Below, piece after piece: positions 19,423 through 29,644 of a stretch of DNA of 64,000 nucleotides. A program made the position numbers and the translations under genes. A model generated the notes under the pieces. It worked only from the letters and a program-made list of their open reading frames with translations, did no database searches and was not told where the DNA came from. Numbering within the stretch: position 1 is the stretch's first letter; each line of letters opens with the position of its first letter. Source of the stretch: an uncultured bacterium (GTDB lineage Bacteria > Babelota > Babeliae > Babelales > Vermiphilaceae); contig OY969699.1 in the NCBI GenBank assembly GCA_963702025.1, positions 1,344,001-1,408,000 of the forward strand, in the 5' to 3' direction.

Positions 19423-20757
19423 ATGAATATCAAAAAACACTATATCACACTTTTTATTACCGCTGCTTTAATGGGTAGTTCATCTCAGGCTATGCATCTT
19501 TATCAACAAACAAAAGTCGTTGAAAAGCAACGAAAAACTGCACAGCGACAATTCTATTATTTCTCTTTATTACCAAACGATTTGCAAGCGGGCACATTGC
19601 GCAATTTTGTTGTAAATACCATAATTAACGAATCAGAGTCGCTGGACGAGGCAATCACAAAAATTATAGAAAAAGCGGAAGATCCGTTGTTTCACACTAT
19701 GTTAGCCCAAGATAGTAAGTTATTACAAACAGTCGGAAAAGGCGGCTGGTTGATCAATCAGGATATCGACTACATTCTTAAATATTATTTTAGGTACGAT
19801 GCAGGTAACTTGAAAAAGTTCATCAACAAAAAGATTCCTGCAATTCCTGAAATTATAGAAAAAATTAATATATTAATCGAACAACCTAAAAAGGATGGTT
19901 CTGTTTTTAAGGAAGTAGTTTTCAATAAAATAAAAGAGTTGGCCAACTGTCATGCACATAAAACTATACTCAATTCATATGAGATGGCCTGCTACATCAT
20001 TGGCTCTATAGCAGATCCGAAATGGATTGAAGGAAATGTAAGAGTTGCGGCAAAATTACAGACTACGGGAGCAGCAAGTTATATTTTAAGAAAAGCAACA
20101 GTAAAATATATTTTTAATAACATTGATTATTTTCTCTACGATAAAAGTAATTTCTTCATTGAGGTTTTAGTTAATAATGATTTTCCCCAAGAGACCGATT
20201 TAACTAAACAAGAAATATATAACTTCATCCTGGAAAAAGCTATTTGTCATGATTCAGAGGATCTCGTAACATTAGCCTTGAAAAAAGGTGCCATTTCAAA
20301 TGGCTATCGAGAGTATAAAATTTACAGGGATGGTTATAAAATATATGCAAAAGAACCGTATTTACTAAGAGCTACTCGAGAAGGAAATCCTACTATAGTA
20401 AATAGCTTGATCGCGGCCAAAGCACTACCGAATTTACCCGACCAAGATGGCACTACTGCGTTGCATAAAGCGTGCGAAAAAGAAAATCTACCCATAGTAA
20501 CTCAGTTACTTGCTGCAGGCGCGAATCCGAATATTCAAAACAAGTACGGAGAAACTGCATTGCATAAAGCATCGCAAAAGGGAAATCTAGATATTATAAC
20601 AAAGCTCGTTACTGCAGGAGCAGATATTATTCTTCGAGACAAAACGGGTCGAACCGCCTATTCCTATGTCTGTCAGTCTCAAAGCCACCATAAGCAGGCA
20701 ATCCTCGATCTTTTTGATTCTATTGCAGATGAACCAATCACGCTTGAAAAGTCATAA
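19423..20757 (+). CDS. Secreted ankyrin-repeat protein (array member 8)
   Basis: QA|MHLYQQ leader, YFSLLPNDLQ, a unique helical middle region, and C-terminal ankyrin repeats. Confidence 0.88.
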   Translation: MNIKKHYITLFITAALMGSSSQAMHLYQQTKVVEKQRKTAQRQFYYFSLLPNDLQAGTLRNFVVNTIINESESLDEAITKIIEKAEDPLFHTMLAQDSKLLQTVGKGGWLINQDIDYILKYYFRYDAGNLKKFINKKIPAIPEIIEKINILIEQPKKDGSVFKEVVFNKIKELANCHAHKTILNSYEMACYIIGSIADPKWIEGNVRVAAKLQTTGAASYILRKATVKYIFNNIDYFLYDKSNFFIEVLVNNDFPQETDLTKQEIYNFILEKAICHDSEDLVTLALKKGAISNGYREYKIYRDGYKIYAKEPYLLRATREGNPTIVNSLIAAKALPNLPDQDGTTALHKACEKENLPIVTQLLAAGANPNIQNKYGETALHKASQKGNLDIITKLVTAGADIILRDKTGRTAYSYVCQSQSHHKQAILDLFDSIADEPITLEKS

Positions 20758-20929
20758 GAATCAAAAAAAATTAAGGGCTTGATATTTCTCTGCTTCTTAA
20801 TTAACTATCAGCGGTACTATATTTTAGGCTTTCCAAGATTATTTTAAAAGTTACACTAAAAAGCAGAAAGAAACGATATTTAAAGTTAACCAAAAAGCAG
20901 AGAGAACATTTAATGGAAAGCGCATTATC

Positions 20930-21889
20930 ATGAATTTAACGGTAAAAGTTTCTTTCTCAATTTTCATATTCTGTTTTTTTCAAATTGAAGGAAAGCAAAA
21001 GCAATTTCAACCACTATCCCTCAAAGAAATAGTTACTATTGCCGTTCTAAAAACTCTAAAAACGAAGCCTGAGATCAAAAAACTTCCCTTACCAACTGAG
21101 CTTAAAGAACATCTGAGCCATCAGCAGGCCTTACAAAAAATATTAGTAGAACATGAAGAGCGCCGGAACCCGGTGCAAAAGGCATTGTGGTCAATTGCAA
21201 GAAATGGCAGACACGATTTCCTGATCCCCCTGCTCATTGCTAAAGGCGCCGACATATATGAACTGAAATCAAACGACTTTGATGGCTTTACGACAGATTC
21301 GGTTTTATCATGCGCGGTAGAAAATTATCACCCAAATGTTGTAAAAAAACTACTCGAATGCGGGGTTTTTGTAGATTGGCAAAATAATTGGAGAAATACT
21401 GCACTGATAGACGCTTCTAAAAAAGGCTTTGAAGCTATGGTTAGAACTTTGCTCAACAACGGAGCTGATACAAACAAAAAAGGATATGAAGGGTATACTG
21501 CCTTAATGTGGGTTACTAAATTAGGCAAAACTGATATCATGGCTCCTGATATCGCGACTGATATCGCGCGGCTCCTACTCGAACATGGTACCGATCCCAA
21601 TATCCAAAATATCGATGGCTGGACTTCATTAATGTTTGCAGCTCATGAAAATAATATTGATATTATGCAACTTCTTCTTGAGCATGGCGCGGATCAAACT
21701 ATCCAAAATTACGGGACTGAGCATAGGGATCTTATTGGACCACCAACCACAGCATTAACTATTGCAGAAAATCGAGGTCATAATAAAATTGCTGATTTAT
21801 TAAAAAATCCCACCACCACGAAAAAACCAATATCAAATGCCTTAAATGACGGCGAAGCAAACCTGATTCAAAATGAAGTTTTAATTTAG
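20930..21889 (+). CDS. Secreted ankyrin-repeat protein with N-terminal SOCS-box-like motif
   Basis: Signal peptide, PLSLKEIVTIAV...IKKLPLPTELKEHL, then about 5 ankyrin repeats. Confidence 0.85.
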   Translation: MNLTVKVSFSIFIFCFFQIEGKQKQFQPLSLKEIVTIAVLKTLKTKPEIKKLPLPTELKEHLSHQQALQKILVEHEERRNPVQKALWSIARNGRHDFLIPLLIAKGADIYELKSNDFDGFTTDSVLSCAVENYHPNVVKKLLECGVFVDWQNNWRNTALIDASKKGFEAMVRTLLNNGADTNKKGYEGYTALMWVTKLGKTDIMAPDIATDIARLLLEHGTDPNIQNIDGWTSLMFAAHENNIDIMQLLLEHGADQTIQNYGTEHRDLIGPPTTALTIAENRGHNKIADLLKNPTTTKKPISNALNDGEANLIQNEVLI

Positions 21890-21899
21890 GAGAAAGCCT

Positions 21900-22721
21900 A
21901 TGCAAATTTTATATTTACTATTATTTTTCTCATTCTCAGCATTTTGTATGAACAGCGATGATGAATTAACTGATAAAGAAAGGGAAAAGCAGAAAAGATT
22001 AATTGAAAAATGTACTTTGGAACTTGTTAATACCATTAATGAGCGCTTCTTAAAAAAGATGGATCTTAATACACCAATGCAAAATTACATTGGTCAAACC
22101 CCTCTTCATAGAGCATGCATATTTGATGAATCAGGTGAATTAGTGCGTAAGTTACTTTCTGCGGGAGCTCAAGTAAATGTGCGTGATGATGAAGGACAAA
22201 CACCATTAAACTTTGTATGCAAATATGCTAGACCTAGTTCAATAACTAATATAAAACTACTGCTGGAACATGCAGCCGATCCCAATATTCCAGGAAATAC
22301 TGGGTGGTATCCAATAGCAGAAATAGTCGGAAAACCTCTAAAATTCTGGAACGATTTTCTAGTACGTAAGTCCGGAGCAAAAGCATGGATTAAAATGTTG
22401 CTTGCACATGGTGCAAATCCTTTTATTAAGGGTGAAAATAATGAAACACCTTTACAAATGATTACTCATCTAATTGGACAAGATACGTCTCAATTAATTA
22501 CCCACATTTACAATCATAAAAAACTTGCTTATCTATTACTGCTTCGGGGTAAAGATCCACGTGATTTAAACTATTCACTCTTTAACAAGTTGCCATCGGA
22601 TATAATCAAGCTCATTCTTGATCTGATGTTCCCCGGTTTTCCATTACCCCCTTCTCAATTAAATCATTCACAATTTCTTGCGTTCATGAAAGAGGATGCA
22701 AAAAAAGTGCCGTTTTTTTAG
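21900..22721 (+). CDS. Secreted ankyrin-repeat protein with C-terminal F-box-like motif
   Basis: Signal peptide, GQTPLH ankyrin repeats, C-terminal LFNKLPSDIIKLILDLMFP. Confidence 0.85.
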   Translation: MQILYLLLFFSFSAFCMNSDDELTDKEREKQKRLIEKCTLELVNTINERFLKKMDLNTPMQNYIGQTPLHRACIFDESGELVRKLLSAGAQVNVRDDEGQTPLNFVCKYARPSSITNIKLLLEHAADPNIPGNTGWYPIAEIVGKPLKFWNDFLVRKSGAKAWIKMLLAHGANPFIKGENNETPLQMITHLIGQDTSQLITHIYNHKKLAYLLLLRGKDPRDLNYSLFNKLPSDIIKLILDLMFPGFPLPPSQLNHSQFLAFMKEDAKKVPFF

Positions 22722-22801
22722 TTTTTTTAATTGCAGCGTTATTGCCATCTGATATAATTAACAAAATCTAAAAACAATAAAAGAAATCATAGGAATTCGA
22801 T

Positions 22802-23260
22802 ATGAATGTTAGGCTTAGTGTTTCGTTAATTTCCTTTTTCAGCATTTTCAATCATTCGATGAATGGTATGTTAAACTTTGCCGGCTCTCTAAATATGAAT
22901 GGTAGTTTGAACATGCAAGGAACACTGAACTTTAATGGAACTCAAACGCAGATCCAAAATCTGCATTTAGGTTCCGCAGAAAAGCCTTCAGCACAATCCC
23001 AAGATATTAAATCTTTAGATGATGCACTAAAGCCAACGCCAAAAACTGCTCAAGAGAACTCTAATAAAGCAAAGGAGATAATTACCACGTATTGCAAAGA
23101 AAATGATAAAAAAACGGCAGAACTTATGGCATTAGCGCAATCAGCTTTTAATAGTGATAGTTCTCAATATCCTAAAATTCAACAAAGAATAAATGAAATT
23201 TCTCATGAACTAAACGAAGTATCCAAAAAGGCTGAGACTTCAATCAAAAGTTTAAAATGA
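22802..23260 (+). CDS. Secreted hypothetical protein
   Basis: Signal-like N-terminus, four G-x-L-N-x-x hexapeptides, then a helical tail. Confidence 0.65.
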   Translation: MNVRLSVSLISFFSIFNHSMNGMLNFAGSLNMNGSLNMQGTLNFNGTQTQIQNLHLGSAEKPSAQSQDIKSLDDALKPTPKTAQENSNKAKEIITTYCKENDKKTAELMALAQSAFNSDSSQYPKIQQRINEISHELNEVSKKAETSIKSLK

Positions 23261-23361
23261 AAATTTATAGGACTTCTTCTTTTTGAACTACCTTACCATT
23301 TTTGTTTTAGCGCAAAGTGTTCACTTTATCAGACCAATTTCATTAAACCATCACGGGATTG

Positions 23362-24474
23362 CTAGTTCTGCTTTTTCAGGAAAGGTAAGGCAATACGCGT
23401 TAAACCATTCTTATTCTCAGCGGTACAATATTTTATTAGTTCAAAGCGAAGATCTTTTGGTAAAAGATCAGTATACATATCAGCATCAATTTGCCGAGAA
23501 CTCCGCATTACTTCGGCAAGAGGTAACCATTTGGTAATCTTCTGTTTAATTGTTTGCCCGTCTTCATCCTCTTTCTTCTTAACGGTATTTTTTAGAAGAT
23601 CGCTTTTTAAGATTGCAAGAGAGTTATAAAGAATTCTACGGTTTGTTAGAATTTCAACATCATTATTTTTTAATGCCTGCAAAAGAACCGCATGCAAAAA
23701 AACACTGGGGCACGGATTATCTTCGGGTTCAGGAGTATCATAAATCGGATGGAGTCTTTTGCTCATTTCTATAGCTTCGGCAACAAACTCACATCGTTTT
23801 TCAGGATCTTGTTGGAGAATCTCATACTTGCGGGCATTAAAATAATGGGTAAGAACATAAAGCCGCTCCCGATCAAGCTCATTCGCGATTTTATTCATGA
23901 ATAATTTGCGCGAATTTGATGCAGGATTAAAAAGCTGCTCGTGTAACGTATCAAGTTCATAGCGATGAAAATTAAAAAGATTTATTCTATCTTCATGCGC
24001 CAACCATGTTTCGGGAATAACACGACCAGCTCCATTAATTTTGCCATAGTATAATGGTGTATAATTATCCTCGTGTAACGCCGGAGTCTTCAAATAAAAA
24101 GTTATGAGCGGAAGAATGGCGCCCATAATATATTTGGTATGCTCAACTGAACTAAGAATATCAATACCTTGAAAAGACCATAAAGAACGGATTATTTTTG
24201 CTTCTTTACCTTTATAAGGACCCGCAGCTAATGCTTTGACGGTGCGACATTTATCGCCAGAGGTAGAATCATTTTTTGGCCAATCTGGTATTCCCGGTAC
24301 CGGTTCGGGCACCAATTCTCCCGTTTGCATTTTATCATAAATTAATGCTGCAACCTTTGCCGAAGCAGCACGCTCTTTCTCTTCAAGCTCCTTTTCCATT
24401 GTGAGACTATACGATACCCACACCAGCATTACTGCCACGAGAATTGTATTTCTTTGCATCATTTTCATAGCCAA
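23362..24474 (-). CDS. Secreted hypothetical protein with C-terminal F-box-like motif
   Basis: Signal peptide ending LT|MEK; YTDLLPKDLRFELIKY near the C-terminus. Confidence 0.7.
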   Translation of the reverse strand: MAMKMMQRNTILVAVMLVWVSYSLTMEKELEEKERAASAKVAALIYDKMQTGELVPEPVPGIPDWPKNDSTSGDKCRTVKALAAGPYKGKEAKIIRSLWSFQGIDILSSVEHTKYIMGAILPLITFYLKTPALHEDNYTPLYYGKINGAGRVIPETWLAHEDRINLFNFHRYELDTLHEQLFNPASNSRKLFMNKIANELDRERLYVLTHYFNARKYEILQQDPEKRCEFVAEAIEMSKRLHPIYDTPEPEDNPCPSVFLHAVLLQALKNNDVEILTNRRILYNSLAILKSDLLKNTVKKKEDEDGQTIKQKITKWLPLAEVMRSSRQIDADMYTDLLPKDLRFELIKYCTAENKNGLTRIALPFLKKQN

Positions 24475-24488
24475 CTTTACACTTTAAA

Positions 24489-25496
24489 TTAAAAATAGTT
24501 CAAATGCATTACCGCGCGCACTTCATCCATAGTTTGTTGCGCAACTTTTTGCGTGTCTTGGACTCCTTTATATAAAATGTCCATGACTACCGCAGGATTT
24601 TTTCCCCATTCTTTGCGCTTGGTTCGGATAGGCTCAAGCATCTCATTGAGAACCGTGATTAATCGCTTTTTAAGCACCACGTCGCCCAAACCACCCCGTT
24701 GATAATGTTCTTTTAATTCTTGCACTTCGTCTTTATTTTTGTCAAAAATGTCCAAATACATAAAGACAACGTTTCCTTCCACTTTACCCGGATCGCTTAC
24801 TTTAACATGATCCGGATCGGTGTACATACCCATCACCTTCTTGGCAACCTCATCGGCAGAATCTGAAAGAAAAATAGCATTACCCATTGATTTGCTCATC
24901 TTTGCTTTGCCATCAATGCCCACAAGGCGGGGCACGGTTGACGTGAGAATTTGTGGCTCAACCAATACTGAGCAGTTATAGGTGCGATTGAACGCGCGTA
25001 CAATTTCATGGGCCTGCTCAATCATGGGCAGTTGATCTTCGCCCACGGGCACAATATCCGCTTTTACCACCGTAATATCGGCAACTTGATGAATCGGATA
25101 CATCAAAAATCCGGCTGTAACATTTTCGCCATATCCCTTTTGGCTAATTTCTGTTTTAACCGTCGGATTGCGCCTGAGGCGATTCACGGTTACAAAATTG
25201 AGATAATAGATTGTTAATTCGGCAATCTGGGGAATCATCGATTGCACAAAAAAGGTGGTTTTATTTGGATCAATTCCCACGGCAAGATAATCCAGCATCA
25301 CCTGATAGGTGTTATCATGCACCTTTTGCGGATTTTCATAGTTATCCGTAAGTGCTTGCACATCGGCAATCATTACATATTGCTTATATTTATTTTGAAG
25401 ATCGATGCGGCTCACTAATGAGCCAACATAATGCCCCAAATGGAGCGGGCCGGTTGGTCTATCACCGGTTAAAACGATTTTTTTCTCATGAGCCAT
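24489..25496 (-). CDS. trpS: Tryptophan--tRNA ligase
   Basis: [13 protein letters not shown] (HIGH motif), VPVGEDQ, KMSKS. Confidence 0.97.
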   Translation of the reverse strand: MAHEKKIVLTGDRPTGPLHLGHYVGSLVSRIDLQNKYKQYVMIADVQALTDNYENPQKVHDNTYQVMLDYLAVGIDPNKTTFFVQSMIPQIAELTIYYLNFVTVNRLRRNPTVKTEISQKGYGENVTAGFLMYPIHQVADITVVKADIVPVGEDQLPMIEQAHEIVRAFNRTYNCSVLVEPQILTSTVPRLVGIDGKAKMSKSMGNAIFLSDSADEVAKKVMGMYTDPDHVKVSDPGKVEGNVVFMYLDIFDKNKDEVQELKEHYQRGGLGDVVLKKRLITVLNEMLEPIRTKRKEWGKNPAVVMDILYKGVQDTQKVAQQTMDEVRAVMHLNYF

Positions 25497-25581
25497 TAAA
25501 AAACCTTATTGCGCTATAAGTGCAGTGTTAAAGTGATTTTTTGTAATCTCTTCTAAAGATACCCAAATAATATGAAATGCA

Positions 25582-25609
25582 AAGAGCCTGACGGTAAAGT
25601 CAGGCTCTT
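25582..25609 (-). terminator. Rho-independent terminator
   Basis: AAGAGCCTGAC-GGTAAA-GTCAGGCTCTT perfect stem just downstream of the 29613 gene. Confidence 0.7.
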
Positions 25610-25644
25610 GGTAGTGTTTAACATAGATTTTGTATCAATTATAC

Positions 25645-28600
25645 TCAGGTTGCCGCGGGTATCAGTTGCAAGTAATTGTAATAAAAAGTTCCCGGAAGCG
25701 GTACCGGACAACAATTAACAAATTGGATTGATGCGGTTCCGGTGTCACTCACACATGGTGGCGTGCTTGAATCAGTTGCCACATACATGAATGTTCCGGT
25801 GCCAACAAAGGTTGAAGGAACCGGCGTAAAGGCAAATGGTCCACTTGCGCTCACGATGGCAGTGCCGTTGGTCGATGTACCAACTTGAGTAAATGTCAAT
25901 GGCGGCACTCCGCCTACCACACTGTTAATCAATGTGCCGGTAAAAGTAGTTCCAACACAAGCAGTAAACGATGGATTAACAATTACCTGACTCGTATTTG
26001 GTGTTATGCTTACGGTTGCAAAATCATTACAGCCATTTGAATCGGTTACTTCATAAGTGAATGCGCATGTTCCGGTAAATGTTGATGAAGGGGCAGTGAA
26101 GCTATAAATACCACTTGGATTAATAGACGCCAGGCCACCAGGACAACTAATGGTTCCGATCGGCCCACTAAAAGTATACGGTCCAGAACCGCCGCTTACC
26201 AAGTTAGCAAGATTACCGGTCAAGGTGGTATGGCAAGTGGTTCCGGTTAAGTCTTGAGCCACCGGGCCGTTAATGCTGATATTTACCGCTCCCGTGCCAA
26301 CACAACTATTAGTATCGGTCACCTGATACACAAATCCACCGGTACCAGTAAATCCTGGTGATGCGGTGAATCCAAAAAGGCCTGTTGATGATACGCTAGC
26401 ACTACCGCCGGTTGGTGCTCCGGTTAACCCGAACACATAAGGAGGGAACCCACTGGTTACCAGACTTGCAAGAGAACCTTGTATCGATCCATTGGTACAC
26501 AAGTTTAAGCCGGTATTACCCGCGATCGGTGCACTTACGGTCACCGCAACATTACCGGTTGCCACGCAGCCAACGGAATCAACAACTTGATAGTTAAAAC
26601 TACCAGCGCCACTAAATCCAGCTGTCGGCGTAAATGTATATAATCCGTTGCCACTCACACTAGGAATACCACCAACCGCTGTTCCGGTTGCGCTGAAAGT
26701 ATATGGTGGGAACCCAGAAGATACCAATGGCGCAAGATTACCGGTTACCGATTGATTCACACAATCGTTAACAGCAGTATTGCCCGCAATTGGTGCCGAA
26801 ATGGTTACACTAACCTGCCCGGTTCCAACGCAGCTATTACTATCGGTCACTTGATATTGGAAACTGCCCGGACCACTAAATCCTGCATTCGGTGTAAATG
26901 TATATCCCCCGGTTGCACTCACGGTAGCAACACCGCCTACCGCAGCACCGGTTGGGCTAAAGGTATATGGCGGGAACCCGGATGATACCAATGGCACAAG
27001 ACTACCGCTTATTGGTTGATTTACACAATCATTGACGGAAGTGTTGCCTGCTACTGGTGATGAGATTGTTACGTTGACTAATCCTGTTCCAAAACAACCA
27101 TTTGTATCGGTCACTTGATACACAAATGGGCACGATCCTGAAAAGCCGGCATTTGGTGTAAAGGTAAATTGTCCGGTCTCAATATTAATTGATACATTAC
27201 CACAGGGGATTGTACCGGTTTGAGTGAAAGTATATGGTGGGATGCCTCCAGAAACTAATCCAGCAAGGCTGCCGGTAATTGCTTGATTCACACAATCATT
27301 AATCGCTGTATTACCCGCGATTGGTGATGTAAAACTTATGTTAACCGCGCCGGTTCCAAAACAACCATTAGTATCGGTCACCTGATATTGGAAACCACCC
27401 GGGCCACTAAATCCGGCTGATGCAGTAAAACTAAAAGGACCGGTCGGATTAATGCTCACCGCTCCGCCCACGGTTGCTCCGGTTGGGCCGAAGGTAAATG
27501 GTGGATTTGCTCCCGTTGCATAGTTATTCAAATCACCCGTTAAGGAACCATTAATGCATGCCGTTAAAGAAACAGGAAAGGTCGTTGGATTTGGGTTAAT
27601 TGTCACCGTAACGGTGGCAACGTTACTCACGCAGCCGGTGGAATCAGTTACTTGGAACGTAAAGGAATCTGCGCCGGTGGCACCGGGATTCGGTACGTAA
27701 TTAAAAGTTCCGGTTGCTGGATTGGTGATGGTCGCAGTCCCCTTTGTTCCATTAGTTACGATAGCAAAAGTATACGCAGGGGTGCCGCCGGATACGCCAA
27801 GTATACCACCGATAAATGATTGATTTTCGCATATAATCAATAGACTCGGTATAGCGGTCGGTCCGAGATTTGCCGTAATAGTAACAACACCCTCAGAGCT
27901 GGTGCAGCCATTGGTATCCGTTGCAATATAATCAAAACTACACGGACCAGAGTATCCTACCGGTGCAGTATATGAAAAGGTACCATCAGAATTCAATGTA
28001 ACCGACCCGCTGCAACTAAGTGCACCACTTTGCGTGAATACATATGGCCCGGATCCACCGCTCACCAATCCACTCAGATTTCCCGTAACAAAATCGCTGC
28101 AACCCGTTATACCTGTGCTTGCTCCGGTGATAGCTGGGCAATTAACAACATTTATATTTACTTTAAATGTTTGTGCCGGGTTACCCAGAACATCAACCTT
28201 ATAACATTGCGGACCAACTGCGGTTGCCAGCACTGATATAGTTACTGAATATATGGTGGCCGGCGGTATGCTTCCGGCAGTAACATTAAAGTTCCCCATT
28301 CCACCTTCATCTAACTCTGAGCCGGAAGTTGTAAAAGTAGTTCCTGCCGGCGGTGGAGTATTACTTTGATATGATAAACCCGGAGTACCTGGACATAGAA
28401 GATCAGGAACTACTAGTCCTGATGGAATAATATCTGCAAATTCAAAGGTGCTTGTCGTTAAAGTAGTGCTCGGATTAGCTATCGTTACGGTTATGGAGAA
28501 CTCATTACCTAAAACCACCGTGCTTGGCGCACAGATAGCATAAATAACGTTATCTACCAATGCAGCACTCGCTGTATATCCCGGATCGCAAGAATAGACA

Positions 28601-29613
28601 TAAATATTTGCATTTTCATCAATCACACAGCCATTGGCATCAGTTACACTGTAAGTCAAAAGACTTGGCCCGTAAAAGGCCTGTGTTGCAGTAACTTGCC
28701 CGGTGGAAGGAGTATCATACATAATATTGGTAAGGTTGGATCCACCTTCAGTTGTATAGGTATAAGGAGGGGTACCACCACTAACATTAAGAGGTGTTGT
28801 CACTGTTAATGAGGTCGTAGTAACCAGAACAGGGGCACCCGCTGTCGGATTATCTACTTTCACCGTTGCAACGTTACTCAAACAACCGGCTACATCGCTA
28901 GCTTGATATTGGAATGAACCAGCCGGACTACTAAATACATAAGCTCCATTAGAGGCAAGAAATACCAAGCCACCACTTTGTGTACCGGTTGCAAAAAAGT
29001 TATAAGGACTGGCGCCACCGGTTACACCCGTAGCAAGATTTCCTGCTTCACAGCCGGTAAAACTACTTGCCGTAATTGTGGGACAGGTGTTTTCTACAGT
29101 GATGGTAATATTTGGAAAGCGGGCAGTACCCAATGGCTGTGCAATACCTACTGGTTGATACGAATAACTACCAACAGCAATTGCCTTCATTGTGGCCGTT
29201 AATTTAGTTGTTGCTCCCATTGCAATACCGCTATTATATACAATTGTCCCCATACCGCCACCGCCGCCGCCTGTATTCGTCCCATCACAAGCAGTTGAAC
29301 CTGCTAAAGAAGGAGGGCATCCGCTACTTACGAGAGTAAATAATGCTGCATGATCAGGCAAAAAGCTATCAAATGTAATACCTTCGGATGTTGTTGATCC
29401 TGTATTAGTCATAGTCATGTAAATATTAAAGTCGCCACCATTAACGCTCATACTCACAACGGTCGGATAACAAACTTCATAAAGAATAATATTTCCAAGT
29501 CCATCGGTTGCAGTTACTGATGTTGTTGTATAATTACTCGGACATGATGCCTGTAAAACTCCTCCAAACAGCATCAACCCTATACACAATAATCTTTTTA
29601 CATATGTGTGCAT
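25645..29613 (-). CDS. Large Cys/Thr/Gly-rich Ig-like repeat surface protein
   Basis: Signal peptide, two DUF11-like head domains, about 11 repeats of ~87 aa (GGxPPYTF...FTFTP...F.G...F.YQVTDxNGC), C-terminal CC. Confidence 0.85.
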   Translation of the reverse strand: MHTYVKRLLCIGLMLFGGVLQASCPSNYTTTSVTATDGLGNIILYEVCYPTVVSMSVNGGDFNIYMTMTNTGSTTSEGITFDSFLPDHAALFTLVSSGCPPSLAGSTACDGTNTGGGGGGMGTIVYNSGIAMGATTKLTATMKAIAVGSYSYQPVGIAQPLGTARFPNITITVENTCPTITASSFTGCEAGNLATGVTGGASPYNFFATGTQSGGLVFLASNGAYVFSSPAGSFQYQASDVAGCLSNVATVKVDNPTAGAPVLVTTTSLTVTTPLNVSGGTPPYTYTTEGGSNLTNIMYDTPSTGQVTATQAFYGPSLLTYSVTDANGCVIDENANIYVYSCDPGYTASAALVDNVIYAICAPSTVVLGNEFSITVTIANPSTTLTTSTFEFADIIPSGLVVPDLLCPGTPGLSYQSNTPPPAGTTFTTSGSELDEGGMGNFNVTAGSIPPATIYSVTISVLATAVGPQCYKVDVLGNPAQTFKVNINVVNCPAITGASTGITGCSDFVTGNLSGLVSGGSGPYVFTQSGALSCSGSVTLNSDGTFSYTAPVGYSGPCSFDYIATDTNGCTSSEGVVTITANLGPTAIPSLLIICENQSFIGGILGVSGGTPAYTFAIVTNGTKGTATITNPATGTFNYVPNPGATGADSFTFQVTDSTGCVSNVATVTVTINPNPTTFPVSLTACINGSLTGDLNNYATGANPPFTFGPTGATVGGAVSINPTGPFSFTASAGFSGPGGFQYQVTDTNGCFGTGAVNISFTSPIAGNTAINDCVNQAITGSLAGLVSGGIPPYTFTQTGTIPCGNVSINIETGQFTFTPNAGFSGSCPFVYQVTDTNGCFGTGLVNVTISSPVAGNTSVNDCVNQPISGSLVPLVSSGFPPYTFSPTGAAVGGVATVSATGGYTFTPNAGFSGPGSFQYQVTDSNSCVGTGQVSVTISAPIAGNTAVNDCVNQSVTGNLAPLVSSGFPPYTFSATGTAVGGIPSVSGNGLYTFTPTAGFSGAGSFNYQVVDSVGCVATGNVAVTVSAPIAGNTGLNLCTNGSIQGSLASLVTSGFPPYVFGLTGAPTGGSASVSSTGLFGFTASPGFTGTGGFVYQVTDTNSCVGTGAVNISINGPVAQDLTGTTCHTTLTGNLANLVSGGSGPYTFSGPIGTISCPGGLASINPSGIYSFTAPSSTFTGTCAFTYEVTDSNGCNDFATVSITPNTSQVIVNPSFTACVGTTFTGTLINSVVGGVPPLTFTQVGTSTNGTAIVSASGPFAFTPVPSTFVGTGTFMYVATDSSTPPCVSDTGTASIQFVNCCPVPLPGTFYYNYLQLIPAAT

Positions 29614-29644
29614 CTTAATTCTCCTATTCTTTTTTCAAACTTTT

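Larger units (their letters stand above)
11595..19430 (+). repeat. Conserved inter-gene junction repeated through the ankyrin array
   Basis: TAAATTTTAAATGGAGAAACCATGAA-like sequence at about 11595, 13092, 14478, 15487, 16877, 18216 and 19401. Confidence 0.9.

Noticed and set aside
11595..19430. Recurrent ~26-nt junction as a CRISPR repeat or integron attC site
   Set aside because: Spacing is 1-1.5 kb of coding sequence. The motif is stop + RBS + start, is not palindromic and lacks an RYYYAAC/GTTRRRY core. No cas or integrase gene is present.
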